Source: Rhina ancylostomus
Lineage: Eukaryota
Direction: 5' to 3'
Assembly (NCBI GenBank): GCA_030265395.1
Contig: JARFYF010000036.1
Span: forward strand, 33,422,546 to 33,486,472
DNA: 63,927 nt
The position numbers and the translations under genes are program-made. The notes beneath the pieces are model-generated. The model made no database searches. It had not been told where the DNA came from and was given only the letters and a program-made list of their open reading frames with translations. Below are positions 52,511 through 63,303 of this stretch, piece by piece. The first letter of the stretch is position 1. The number at the start of each line of letters is the position of its first letter.

Positions 52511-53342
52511 CAACAAGCGCTTTAGTCAATCCGTGGCGGATTCAGGTTCACAAATCTGCAACCAGCACCCAATATAGAAGAAACAAAAACAGATTCTAAC
52601 CCCTGCAACACTGATAGAACAGGGTGGGTGTTGTACTGAACTCCATTTTGAACCATCCATGTGTCACACTCTGAGGGAGATGGCTTTAAAGAAACCTCCT
52701 CCGAAGCAACCTGGCCAGATTGGCCACACATGACCAAAATTCCCATGTTGACTGCGATACAAATACAACTCTGACACTGATGAGCTATAAATGGTCGGAT
52801 TTGGGCTTTTCCTTTGGAGGATTGGGGAGGCTGTAACAGATGTGCAAATTTTGAACAGAGAATCTTTAGTGGAGTTGTACCATTTGATTCTAATTCTGCT
52901 CTGCTGTACTCTGCATAAATAACTGAGTTAGAATAACATTATAAGCACAAAATGTGCAGCTGACAAGTCTGCCTTAAGCTTGCAGGGTGATGGTATGGGT
53001 GTTGAAGAAGCCTTGAAAGGTTGCCATATGGAAGTAGTTTTAACATGTCATTATAGTGGCTTACAGTGAGACCTGTTTTCATAGCTCTCACTTACAAGTT
53101 CTCAGCAATAGCAGTGTGCTTAGTTTCATTATGCCTTAATAAGTGGATTTTAAACCACAGACTGAGCAATTCAGCTGCTTCCATATAAACGCAATGACAG
53201 GCTTCATTAGTACTATGAAAGCTGAGAAAACCCTTGAGCATTTCCTTAATCTGATGCTGACTCTCACCTATCTGCTCCTAAATGATGAAGTTAGTCCCGA
53301 CCTGCTGTTCCATAATTTGCAGTTGTGAGATATTCATCTCAC

Positions 53343-53533
53343 AGGGGAATAGTGCCATTTGAAGTTGAGCTTCACTTGAAGTAGCAAGTGGCTTTTCTCG
53401 GCTTAACTGTGGAACGCTCCCAGCAAAGGGTTTTAAGCGCATCAACACATCCACACAAAAAGGGAGGTGGAGGTGGATTGCGGACGGACTGCTTGTAACC
53501 CTCGTGGATGTCCCAGTCATCTCGCTCATCGAC
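53343..53533 (-). other. Candidate exon, CpG-retaining
   Basis: ttttttatatccttcttgtgaagcag|GTCGATGAGC...CCCT|gtgaga; two largely open frames. Confidence 0.4.
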
Positions 53534-53762
53534 CTGCTTCACAAGAAGGATATAAAAAAAGAACTTTGCAAAATCTAAAATGTTTCCTAACACACCTGCC
53601 ATTTGTCTGCTGACAAGTAGTTTTTCACACAAAACCAACCATTTGCTCTAGAGACTCTGAGAGTCATGCCGGTGACTAGCAGGTAGAAGTAGACATGAAT
53701 TTCTGACTGTACCATGATTGATGGTGCTTATTTGCAGTTGAATGCGTTAGTCGTATTGAGGT

Positions 53763-53767
<5 letters not shown>

Positions 53768-53799
<32 letters not shown>
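53768..53799. repeat. (TA)n microsatellite
   Basis: Directly visible. Confidence 0.95.
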
Positions 53800-53803
<4 letters not shown>

Positions 53804-54207
53804 TCAAGCCTCTCCCAGTTCAGGTTGCAAGATATGATTAATTTTGTGTAATAACAGCAGCTACACTGCGTGTTCAGTATTCCTTTGACATTTCAAAATA
53901 AAACAGAGAGAACTCTGGTTTTAAAAACAAGTGAGACAGCAAGCAAGGGAAAGGGACTCATGGCAAAGTCTTCACAGTGAAACATTACCACTCCCATAAG
54001 GAAAGTACCATGCTTTAAAACTATTTCACTCCTGAAAGATGCTTATATAATTGTAATTAAATTGAAGAGTATAATAGGTATTATTAATCTCCAGATTTTT
54101 ATTCTCTTCTTTCCTCTCTTGCTATGGGTCCTCTCTATTAACGATGGGTTGGAATAATTCAGGAGTTTGGTGTTCGTCATTGAACAATGTGGCCAACTGA
54201 ATATAGT

Positions 54208-54582
54208 CAGAACATAGGACAGTACAGCACAAGAACAGGCCCTTCAGCCCACGATGTTGTGCTGAACTAATTAAACTAGTAATTAAAAGCCTACTAAACT
54301 GGTCCCTCCTGCCTCCACAAGTCCATATCCCTCCATTCTCTGCTTATTAACATGCCTATCTAAGAGCTTCTTAAACATCCCTATCCTATTTGCCTTCACC
54401 ACAGTGCATTCCATGCACCTACCACTCTCTGTGTAAAAAAAATAACTTGCCCCACACACCTCCCTTGAGTTTACCTCCTCTCACCTTAAATGCATGCCCT
54501 CCAATATTAGACATTTTGACCCTGGGGAAAAGATACTGCTGTCCACTCTACCTATGCCCCTGATAATCTTATAAACTTCTAT
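54208..54582 (-). mobile_element. CR1 3' end
   Basis: IEVYKIIRGIGRVDS. Confidence 0.85.
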
Positions 54583-54682
54583 NNNNNNNNNNNNNNNNNN
54601 NNNNNNNNNNNNNNNNNNNNNNNNNNNNNNNNNNNNNNNNNNNNNNNNNNNNNNNNNNNNNNNNNNNNNNNNNNNNNNNNNN

Positions 54683-54840
54683 TCCCACATTGCAAAGACG
54701 TATGGGTTAGGAAGTTGTGGGCGTGCTACGTTGGCGCCGGAAGCGTGGTGACACCTGCGGGCTGCCCCCAGAACACTCTACGCAAAAGGTGCATTTCACT
54801 GTGTGTTTCGATGTACATGTGACCAATAAAGAAATCTTAG
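54683..54840 (+). mobile_element. V-domain SINE 3' half with Rex-type tail (CpG-rich, young)
   Basis: ggcgccggaagcgtggtgacacctgcgggctgccccca..tttcactgtgtgtttcgatgtacatgtgaccaataaa. Confidence 0.85.
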
Positions 54841-55351
54841 ATGTGCTGGTGGAAAATTCCCCTTCAAGAGGAAATAGGATAAGAGCAGAGTGGAAAAAAT
54901 TTTCAAGGCTCCGCTGAAAGGGCTGGGGGATGGTGGAACTAGGGAGTTGATCTCGTTGCAAGCCGGCACAGCCATGATGGGCCAAATGGTCTCCTTCTGT
55001 ATTATGACCATTCTGTCACCTCACAATCAGGGCAAACACCTCTCATATCTGAAACGTAACCAACAGATTAATGAAAGCACACAGTGATCCCAAAGGGTTG
55101 GAGGTGGTGGAGGCAGATGGGTGGGGACGGAGTCACAGGGTGACCTACGCAGGGATTAAAATAGAACAACACAAGAAGTTGCATTCATTTAATGCAATTA
55201 ACATCGCAAAATATCCCCAGGTGTTTCACAAGACCCACATCAAACAAGATTTGACACTGAGCTAAATTAGGTAATGCAACAGCAGATGGGGGTGTACAGG
55301 GGAGTTGCTTCAAGGGAACGTCTCAAAGAAGGAGCACTTCTTCGAAGGATT

Positions 55352-55892
55352 TAGAACAGAGAACAGGACAGCACAGGGACAGGCCCTTCAGCCGGTGATT
55401 TTTGGCCGAGCTAATTAGATTAGTAATCAAATGCCCAACTGAACTAATCCCTTCTGCCTACACAATGTCCATCTCCATTCCCTGCGCATTCATGTGCCTG
55501 TCTAAGAGCCTCTATTGTATCCGCCTCTACCACCACTCCAGGCAGCACATTCCAGGCACCCACCACTCTCTGTGTAAAAAACCTTGCCCAGCACATCTCC
55601 TTTGAATTTACCCCCTCTCACCTTAAATGCACGCCCTCTGGTATTCAACGTTTCAACTCTGGTAAAGAGATACCGGCTGTCCATTCTATCTCTGCCTCTT
55701 GTAATCTTACAAACTTCTATCAGGTCTCCCCTCAGCCTCCGCCACTCCGGAGAAAACAACCCAAGTTTGTCCAATATCTCCTTAGAGCTCACGCCCTTTA
55801 ATCCAGGCAGCATCCTGGTAAACCTCTTCTGCACCCTCTCCAGTTGACTGTAATACTCCAGATGTGGCCTGACCAGAGTTTTATAAAGCTGC
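55352..55892 (-). mobile_element. CR1 3' end
   Basis: LYKTLVRPHLEY..ERVQKRFTRMLPGL..RRLRGDLIEV. Confidence 0.95.
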
Positions 55893-55911
55893 ATAGAGCT
55901 GAGTTTTATAA

Positions 55912-56423
55912 AGATCAGGACCTCAAATGCTGAGGATGTTATCTTGACAGAAGACATTGACAGTGGTTTGCATATCCTTCCAGTGAATTTGGAGGATTTT
56001 GCAGCAACACCATTAGTGTTATTTCTCCAATGCCTTTATGTACCTGCTGGTAGTCCAGGTCTAGGAGCATATCAGAGGATGGGGGTCAGCGTTGTCCAGT
56101 AGATCAGAAGATTTGTGCTTCAAATACTCTTTTGCTCACACAGCCAAAGGCTGTGCTGGCACATTGAATGTAGTGCCGAACTTGATCATCGATGTCTACC
56201 TTCACCAGAAGGTGCTCCTGAGATAGGAGAAGTGCTCCAGATTTTCAAGGGTCTCACCATGGATCTTTATTATTAGAGAACAGTGTGATGTAGCAGGGGC
56301 AATTTGGTGGAGGGCCTCCTTGTGCTTGTTGAACTTAGGGCCAGTTCTCCCATATGATTCTGTGAATGAGTCCATGAGCTCATCCTCTGTGTGACTCAAA
56401 TGCAAGCGTCATTAGAGGGCAGT
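55912..56423 (-). mobile_element. RTE-clade LINE RT fragment
   Basis: HTEDEL..FTESYGRTG..IKIHGETLENLEHFSYL..DIDDQV..QCASTAFG..KILQIHWKD. Confidence 0.8.
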
Positions 56424-57386
56424 AGCTGTAAGGAGAGGTTAGACAATCTTGGATTGTCTTCGCTGGAGCATTGAAGGTTCAGGGCTGACCTGATGGACAT
56501 ACATAAAATGATGAGAGGCGTAGACAGGTACGTAGTCAGGGTCTTTTTCCCAGGTTGGAAAGGTCAAAGATTTAAGGTGAGGGGGAAAGTTTAAAGAGGA
56601 TAAAATGTCCCTCAGGCATGGATCATTGTTTATTCAGAAATAAAACTCAAAAATGCTGGGAGCATTCTGCAGGACAGGCAGCATCTCCAGAAAGAGAAAT
56701 AAAATTTTCTTTCAGGTTAAAAATGGTTCAGGTTAAAAACCCTTTATCAGAACCAGGACATGAAAACATAGCTCTTTGAATGTTGCTGGAACAATATTCT
56801 GGAACTCCCTACTTCATGAATTGTAGAAGACCAGTACGAAGGTTTCTCAAGGGCATGGAGGGATGGGCAATATATGTGAGGGTTGTCAGCAATGCCCACA
56901 GCCTGAGGATGATGTAATAATGGGATCGGGATTGCGCTTGCACAAACTAATAATGGGACATTCTACACCCAAGGTGACAAATTGTATCGCACCAGGATTA
57001 GCCAAGTTTAAGAATTAACAGATGGGATTGGTGAAGGTAGATAATTGAGATCAACCTTTACCAACCCTACAAGCAGACTGCTTTAGCAATAACTAAGCAG
57101 AGACTGTTCACGTTTGACTAGAGCTAACAATATGGATTGACACAGAAGTTAAATCTTTGATGACCTTACAGTCTGCCTTCTCTGGAGCAAATGCACAAGT
57201 TAAGCAGCAAGATAATGGGATTTCTCCCTGTTTACTCATGGTAGGAAAATAATACTAATATTACTTGAAGCAATTGTACATTTCTTTGAAAATATATTTA
57301 GAAAATTCAAAATAGTACATGGATGTGCATGATCTGACAGCAATTCATTTATAAGGTTTTAAACAACTTTGTCAAGTCTACTATCT

Positions 57387-58108
57387 GAATCAGAATCAGA
57401 TTTATTATCCCTGACTTATATGGCAAGAGAATTGTTTTGGGGCAGCAGTACAGTGCAAAGATGTAAATGTTACTATAAATTTCAAAAATAAATAAATAGG
57501 GCAAAAAAAAGGAATAACGGGGTAGTGTTCATGGTTTCATGTACCGTTCAGAAATCTGATGACAGAGCGGTAGAAGCTGTTTCTGAATCACTGAGTGTGG
57601 GTCTTCAGGCTCCCGTAGCTCCTCCTTGATGGTAGTGATGTGAAGGGGGTATGTCCCAGCTGGTGAGGGTCTTTAGTGATGGATGCTGCCATCTTGAGGC
57701 ACAACCTCTTGATGTCCTCGATGGTTGGGAAGGTTGTGCCCAAGGCTGGCTGAGTCTACAACCCTTGGCAGCCTCTTGCAATCCCCTTCNNNNNNNNNNN
57801 NNNNNNNNNNNNNNNNNNNNNNNNNNNNNNNNNNNNNNNNNNNNNNNNNNNNNNNNNNNNNNNNNNNNNNNNNNNNNNNNNNNNNNNNNGCCTCCATACC
57901 AGGCTGTGAAGCAACCAGTCAGAATCCTCTCCACTGTACATCCTACATCTATAGAAATTTGTAAGAGTCTTTGGTGACCGACCAAATCTCCTCAAACTCC
58001 TAATGAAGTAGAGCCGCTGGTGTGCCGCCTTTATGATTGCATTGATGTGTTGGGGCCTGGATAGATCCTCTGAGATGTTGACACATAGGAACTTGAAGCT
58101 GCTCACCA
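57387..58108 (-). mobile_element. Rex1/Babar LINE 3' part
   Basis: VSSFKFLCVNISEDLS..HQRLYFIRSLRRFG..ILTGCFTAWYG. Confidence 0.9.
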
Positions 58109-59429
58109 TTCAGTAGAGCTGTGAAAGATCACTAGTACTTACATGTACTGCTTCATTGATTGACACAAAGGACAAATCCTTCTTCTGGGACACCGGTCTG
58201 AGTGTAGACATGTTTTGAATGTTGTTGTATTTTGCATCAGTCATCTTAAGAGAAGACCATCACCAGTGTAATCAAACAAAAACTGGTGCTTAACCATGTC
58301 AGAAGATTTTAAGGCGGATGTTCAAAAGCTTGGTGGCACAGTTAATAGACATGATTAGACAATGTGGGACATCGTTTGAAGTTGCTTACAAAGGGACTTC
58401 TTGTTGCAAAGGCCCCAGTGGGACATGGTGCCTTCAGCTGAAATTGTTGAGAAGTTCCTGTTAAGAATGTGATCCATAAATTATCCACTTACACCTAGCA
58501 GAATCATGACACCTCAACATCTATTCAACACCTGTTTCGGCACCAAATGACAATACATTGCATATTTCCTTGACTGATCCAAGCCCTCTTTCAGCTGGGG
58601 TAGAGGGTCTCATTCCCAACTTGCCCACATGATGGNNNNNNNNNNNNNNNNNNNNNNNNNNNNNNNNNNNNNNNNNNNNNNNNNNNNNNNNNNNNNNNNN
58701 NNNNNNNNAAGTGTTGACTGACATTATTATCTCACCTCTTGTGTTCAAGTTCCATCTGAGTGTCACCAGGGCAATCTTCCTTCAGGAGAAAAAAGTTCAA
58801 GTTCATAGAGGTGACAGGGCAGCTATAAATCTTCAGCTTGTTTTACACAAAAATTGGTTCCCACTTTGGCGTCTAGATGTTTGTGAATGAGAGCTGAAGT
58901 CTTTTAATCAGAAAGGCAACCCAAGATATTCTGGCTTGTTTAACTCATTATATTAGAACTTTTTATATTTTGAGCTTATCTGCATATTAACCTTCTGGGG
59001 AGAATGGAAACACGTTCACAAGTTTTGCCTAGGTGCCCAGGGGTTTTGTCCAAAAATTTAACAGGCTAGCATGAAAATTGGGGATTTAGTAAAATTATTT
59101 CAAGACTGAGTAAACCTGTTTAAAGATATTTGTTGCAGACATTCAGTTGGTACAATAAACCTTTTTTTCATGCATATATTTAGAAGTAAAGACACCAGTA
59201 TTCTGTGTAATTGTGTTTTGATATCTAACTTTGCAATCTTTGTATCTAAAAACAATCTAGATTTGTACAGTATAAAACAGGTGATTTGCTTCAATCTTCG
59301 TCTATTCGTTTCAAGAAATCAGCGTGGAGATTCAGTTGAGGGGAGGTGGAAGTGACAGTGAAGGAAGAGAAAGAATGGATAACAACAACAACTTCTGGTT
59401 ATAAAGCTTTGAAAACCATCCCAGGGTAC

Positions 59430-59735
59430 TTGTCTGGAGTGCAAAACAAAACTGACGCTTAACTACATCAGATTTTAAGGCAGATGATAAAAGACTTGGT
59501 TTGGTAGGTAGGTAATTAAGGAGCTTCTTGGGGAGAAGTGGGGAAGTCTGGTTTGGATGGGGTTGAAAATTCCAGACATTTTGGCCTTGGCAGCAAATGG
59601 CTTGGCTGGTAGTGTGAATGAGCAAGTGACTGGAATGGGAGGAGTACAGATACCTCAGAAGGTTGCAGAGCTCGATGACATTGCAGGGACAGAGGAGGGG
59701 CGAGGAATTTCAAAGATAAAGTAAGAATTTTGTAG
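59430..59735 (-). mobile_element. L2 3' fragment
   Basis: ggtaggtaattaaggagc..aattccaga..ggccttggcagc; similar to 32038-32400. Confidence 0.6.
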
Positions 59736-59767
59736 TAAAAATTTAAAAATGCAGGAAAAACTCTAAA

Positions 59768-61020
59768 TCATGAATGAAGGGTCTTGACCCGAAACGTCAA
59801 CTGTCCATTTCCCTCCATAGAAGCTGCCTGATCTGCTGAGTTCCTCCAGCAGTTTGTGTGTTGCTCCAGGTTCCAGCATCTGCAGTCTTTCTTGTGTCAG
59901 TCTCATGTGTTGCTAATGTTGTAAAGTCCAGGTAATGTTGTATAGTCTTGCCTACTTTATAGTTGAGGATTTGCTTGATCGGGAGACAGTGTGGGTCAGT
60001 AAGCATGGGTGATGGGGGGTAGGACACAAGCAGCAGAATTTTGGGATACAACAACAATCTGCTGGAGGAATTCAGCGGGTTGAGCAGCATCTGTGGAGGG
60101 TCGAAACCCTGCATCAGGAATTCCTTTCCTCCCACAGATGCTCCCTGACCCTCTTAGTTCCTCCAGCAGATTGTTTGTTGCTCCATATTTCAGTGTCAGC
60201 TTTCTCTTGCGTCTGCTCTGAATTTTGGGATGCCGTTGTTTGTGGTCAATAGGACCACGGAGGCAGACTCTGAAGAAGAAAAAAACCAAGATGATGGAGG
60301 AACTCAGTGGGTCAGGCAGCATCTGTGGAGGGAAATGGACAGTCGATGTTTCGGGCCAAGACCACCAGGACTGCAATTCAACTTCAATCTCGATGAGCAG
60401 AAAAGGCAGTCGTATTTCTTCAAGCTGAATCAAACTTACTGAAGGATTTCTAGAAATCACTGTCAATGCACATGCGGAGGGAAAGGATCTGTTGATGTTC
60501 AGGCCTCAACCCAAAACGTCGACTGTCCATTTCCTTCCACAGATGCTGCCTGACCTTCTGAGTTCCTACAGCATCTTATTTTTTTGCTCCAGATTCCAGC
60601 ATCTGCAGACTCTGAAGTGCTGAATGTAGATGAGGCAAAGGCATAGATGAGAGTTCCAGCTACACATGAGATCAGGTTTTGTTGTAGAGTTGGAAATCAG
60701 TGCCATTAGTGGCGTGGGTGTGTGATACGATTCACACAGACACCCAACTCTACATGGGTTTCCAGACCTGCAACACCAAGGGTTAAAGCCACTCTGTTGA
60801 GACGCAAGAGACTGCAGATGCTAGAATCTGGAGCAACACACAAGATGCTGGATGAACTCAGTGGTTAGGCAGCATCTACAGAGGCAAATAGACAGTCAAC
60901 ATTTTGGGATGATACCCCTCATCTAGACTCAGCGGGTCGAGCAGCATCTGTAGGGGGAAAAGGAATTGTTGACGTTGACCCTGCATCAGGTCCTTGAATG
61001 TCAATGATTCCTTTTCCTCT
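59768..61020. mobile_element. Cluster of at least 7 Penelope-type hammerhead units in both orientations
   Basis: Repeated gatgctgcctga..ctgagttcctccagc unit; TSDs GAATTTTGGGAT (60036/60220) and GCAGACTCTGAAG (60263/60605). Confidence 0.8.
59771..59803 (+). ncRNA. Minimal hammerhead motif, intact 3' half
   Basis: TGAATGA-A-GGGTC-TT-GACCC-GAAACGTC-AACTG. Confidence 0.55.
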
Positions 61021-61689
61021 GCTTATGAATTGACACTGATTTTCACAAATCCTTCAATAAATTTGATGCAGCTTGAAGAAATATGACTGCCTTCTTTGCT
61101 CGGTGATTTAGGAGTTGGATGGGAGGAGACTGATGAGTAAAATAAAATGAGATTCTTGGGGTATTGGTCATTAAATTAAAATGGATCCTTGGGAACTGAT
61201 CGGCTTATAAAAAGGAAAAGGCAAGGCACAGGGAGCTTATTACATCGTAACTGAGCTTCTAGTGAGAAGAATTCATGTATTACAATGCAAATTGACAATG
61301 CTTTTGTGTTGTCATGTATAATAGCTGTTAAGTGTCACATGAAGTCTTAGTAGAATTAGTTGTAACCCTGAGGCAATGTTATTAATTCTTCCAATAACTT
61401 TCATACCAACTATTTATAGTCTGCATATTCAGTGTGTCATAACTGGGGCTGCAGTAGCATGAATTGTTATTAAGCTAACAGCCTATGCATGCAAAAGCTT
61501 CACTTAATAATTATTAGTGTCAGGAGTTATTACACAGCAGCTTTACTGAGGTGCTGTATATTCAGTTGTCATTAGTCTGGTCTCTTCTGGAAGCTGCCTG
61601 AATTTGCTGTCAGTGCACCAATGTTTTGATACCTGCCATATATAACATTTAAAAAAACAGCAGATGTAGTGTGTGTGCACTTCCATCGT

Positions 61690-61930
61690 GACTTTCACAG
61701 CTTAAGCCACAGTTTACAGCAATGAAACACTTTTGAAATGTGGTTGGTGCTGTAATGCAGGAAACTGGCCACCCAATTTATGCATAGCAAGCTCCCATGA
61801 AGAGCAGTGAGATAAGTGATTGGATAACCTGTTGGCTGAGGGATAGATTTTGGCCAGGACATCACCGATCTTCCCAAAATAGTACTGTGGGACCACTTAC
61901 TGAGAAAGCTCTGGTTAATGTCTGCTCCAA
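61690..61930 (-). mobile_element. DeuSINE fragment
   Basis: ccaatttatgcatagcaagctccca..gttggctgagggatag..tggccaggaca. Confidence 0.75.
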
Positions 61931-62254
61931 GTTCTAATCCATCAACAGCGAAGCACACAGATAGTGATGTTATTTAACAACCCCTTGATTGGTGTCAGCT
62001 CGACATGGATCCCTTCACGGATAGGTTAGGGAATGGGGGAGGCATGGTTTTGATTTTTAGCCTGTTGGTCACCCACTTTAGCTTTGACGAGCCCTCGTTT
62101 GATTCCAGTTGGCAAATGGGTGACTCGAGGCACCTTGGACCAGGTTTGCTGTTGGCAGCTGTAGGTTATATCCTGGTAGATGCTGATGGAGGAGGATATG
62201 GAGCTAAGGTGATATTCGTGATGGTTTAAGGTAGGGAGACAAGAAATAAATGGA

Positions 62255-62410
62255 GGGACTTGCATCTCACTATATAGTGCCTTTCACAACCTAGGCTTTT
62301 CCCCATAGCACTCACCAAATGAATACTTTGTGAAGTGTAATCACTGTTGTAGTGGAAGACATCAATAAGAAGGCTCCCACAACCAGCACTATGCTAAAAG
62401 ACCAGATATT
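62255..62410 (-). mobile_element. DeuSINE 3' fragment
   Basis: gacttgcat..tatatagtgcctttcacaacct..gaagtgtaatcactgttgta. Confidence 0.7.
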
Positions 62411-62416
62411 GATGAG

Positions 62417-62760
62417 TCATATAGTCATAGAAAAATACAGCATGGAAACAGATCCTTCAGATACCATTCACACCAGCATGCAACCGGCCATTTACACTCA
62501 TCTTACATTAATCCCATTTCTATTGTCTCCACATTCTCATCAACTCCACCGCCCCGCCCTCCCCCCCCCACCCCCGTATTCCACCACTTGTATACAAACC
62601 AAGGACGTTTTACAGTAGCCAATGAACCTACCAACCCACATGTGTTTGAAACCAGAGCTCCAGGAGGAAACCCATATGGTCACAGGGAGAACACGCAAAC
62701 TTCACACAGTCAGCACCCAAGGTCAGGATTGAACCTAGCTCTCTGGTGCTGTGAGACAGA
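62417..62760 (-). mobile_element. V-domain (HE1-like) SINE
   Basis: ggaggaaaccca..gtcacagggagaac.caaact..cagcacccaaggtcaggattgaacc. Confidence 0.85.
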
Positions 62761-63057
62761 GGTTCTATTCCTTTCAAATGGGAAGGTCGGTAGATGAGCT
62801 TGGACCCACGGTACTTAGTTTGAGTTCTGGAGGAAGATTACTAACTTCTCCTCAGCTCCATGAAGACAAGCACAGACCTGTGCACTCCCCTCTGGGCAGG
62901 CATGGAGTCCATGTGGAGAATTTCCGTGTCCTCTGTAACCTTCGAGGATGGCAATGGGCAAACCAACACACATGAAGGGACCCCATTCTGCATTGTAAAT
63001 GGGACGACTGTCCAACTGGGGAAAAGGCATGATGGCCTTTGAGGGAGATTAGTAGTG

Positions 63058-63303
63058 GAGACACAAGAGACTGCAGACGCTGGAATCTGGAGCAACACAC
63101 AGTAGGCTGGAGGAATTTAGCAGGTCAGGCAGCACCTGTGGAGGGAAGTGGATGGTCGATGTTTCAGGTCGAAACTCTTCATCTGGTCTCAAGATGAAAG
63201 ATCCAAATGAAGGGTCTTGACCCAAAACGTCAGCTGCACATTTCCCTCCATAGATGCTGCCTGACCTGCTGAGTTCCTCCAGCTTTTTGTGTGTTGCAGC
63301 AGC
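63058..63303. mobile_element. Head-to-head inverted dimer of hammerhead units
   Basis: ~95-bp arms around a ~16-nt loop; near-TSD ATTAGTAGTG (63048) / ATTAGTAAGTG (63304). Confidence 0.8.

Noticed and set aside
52778-52810. CTGATGAG hammerhead-like starts here and at ~10689 and ~61130
   Set aside because: No stem II followed by GAAA.
59768-61020. Repeated units that could suggest a CRISPR-like array
   Set aside because: Units are ~140 nt, in mixed orientation, irregularly spaced and TSD-flanked, in eukaryotic DNA with no cas genes.
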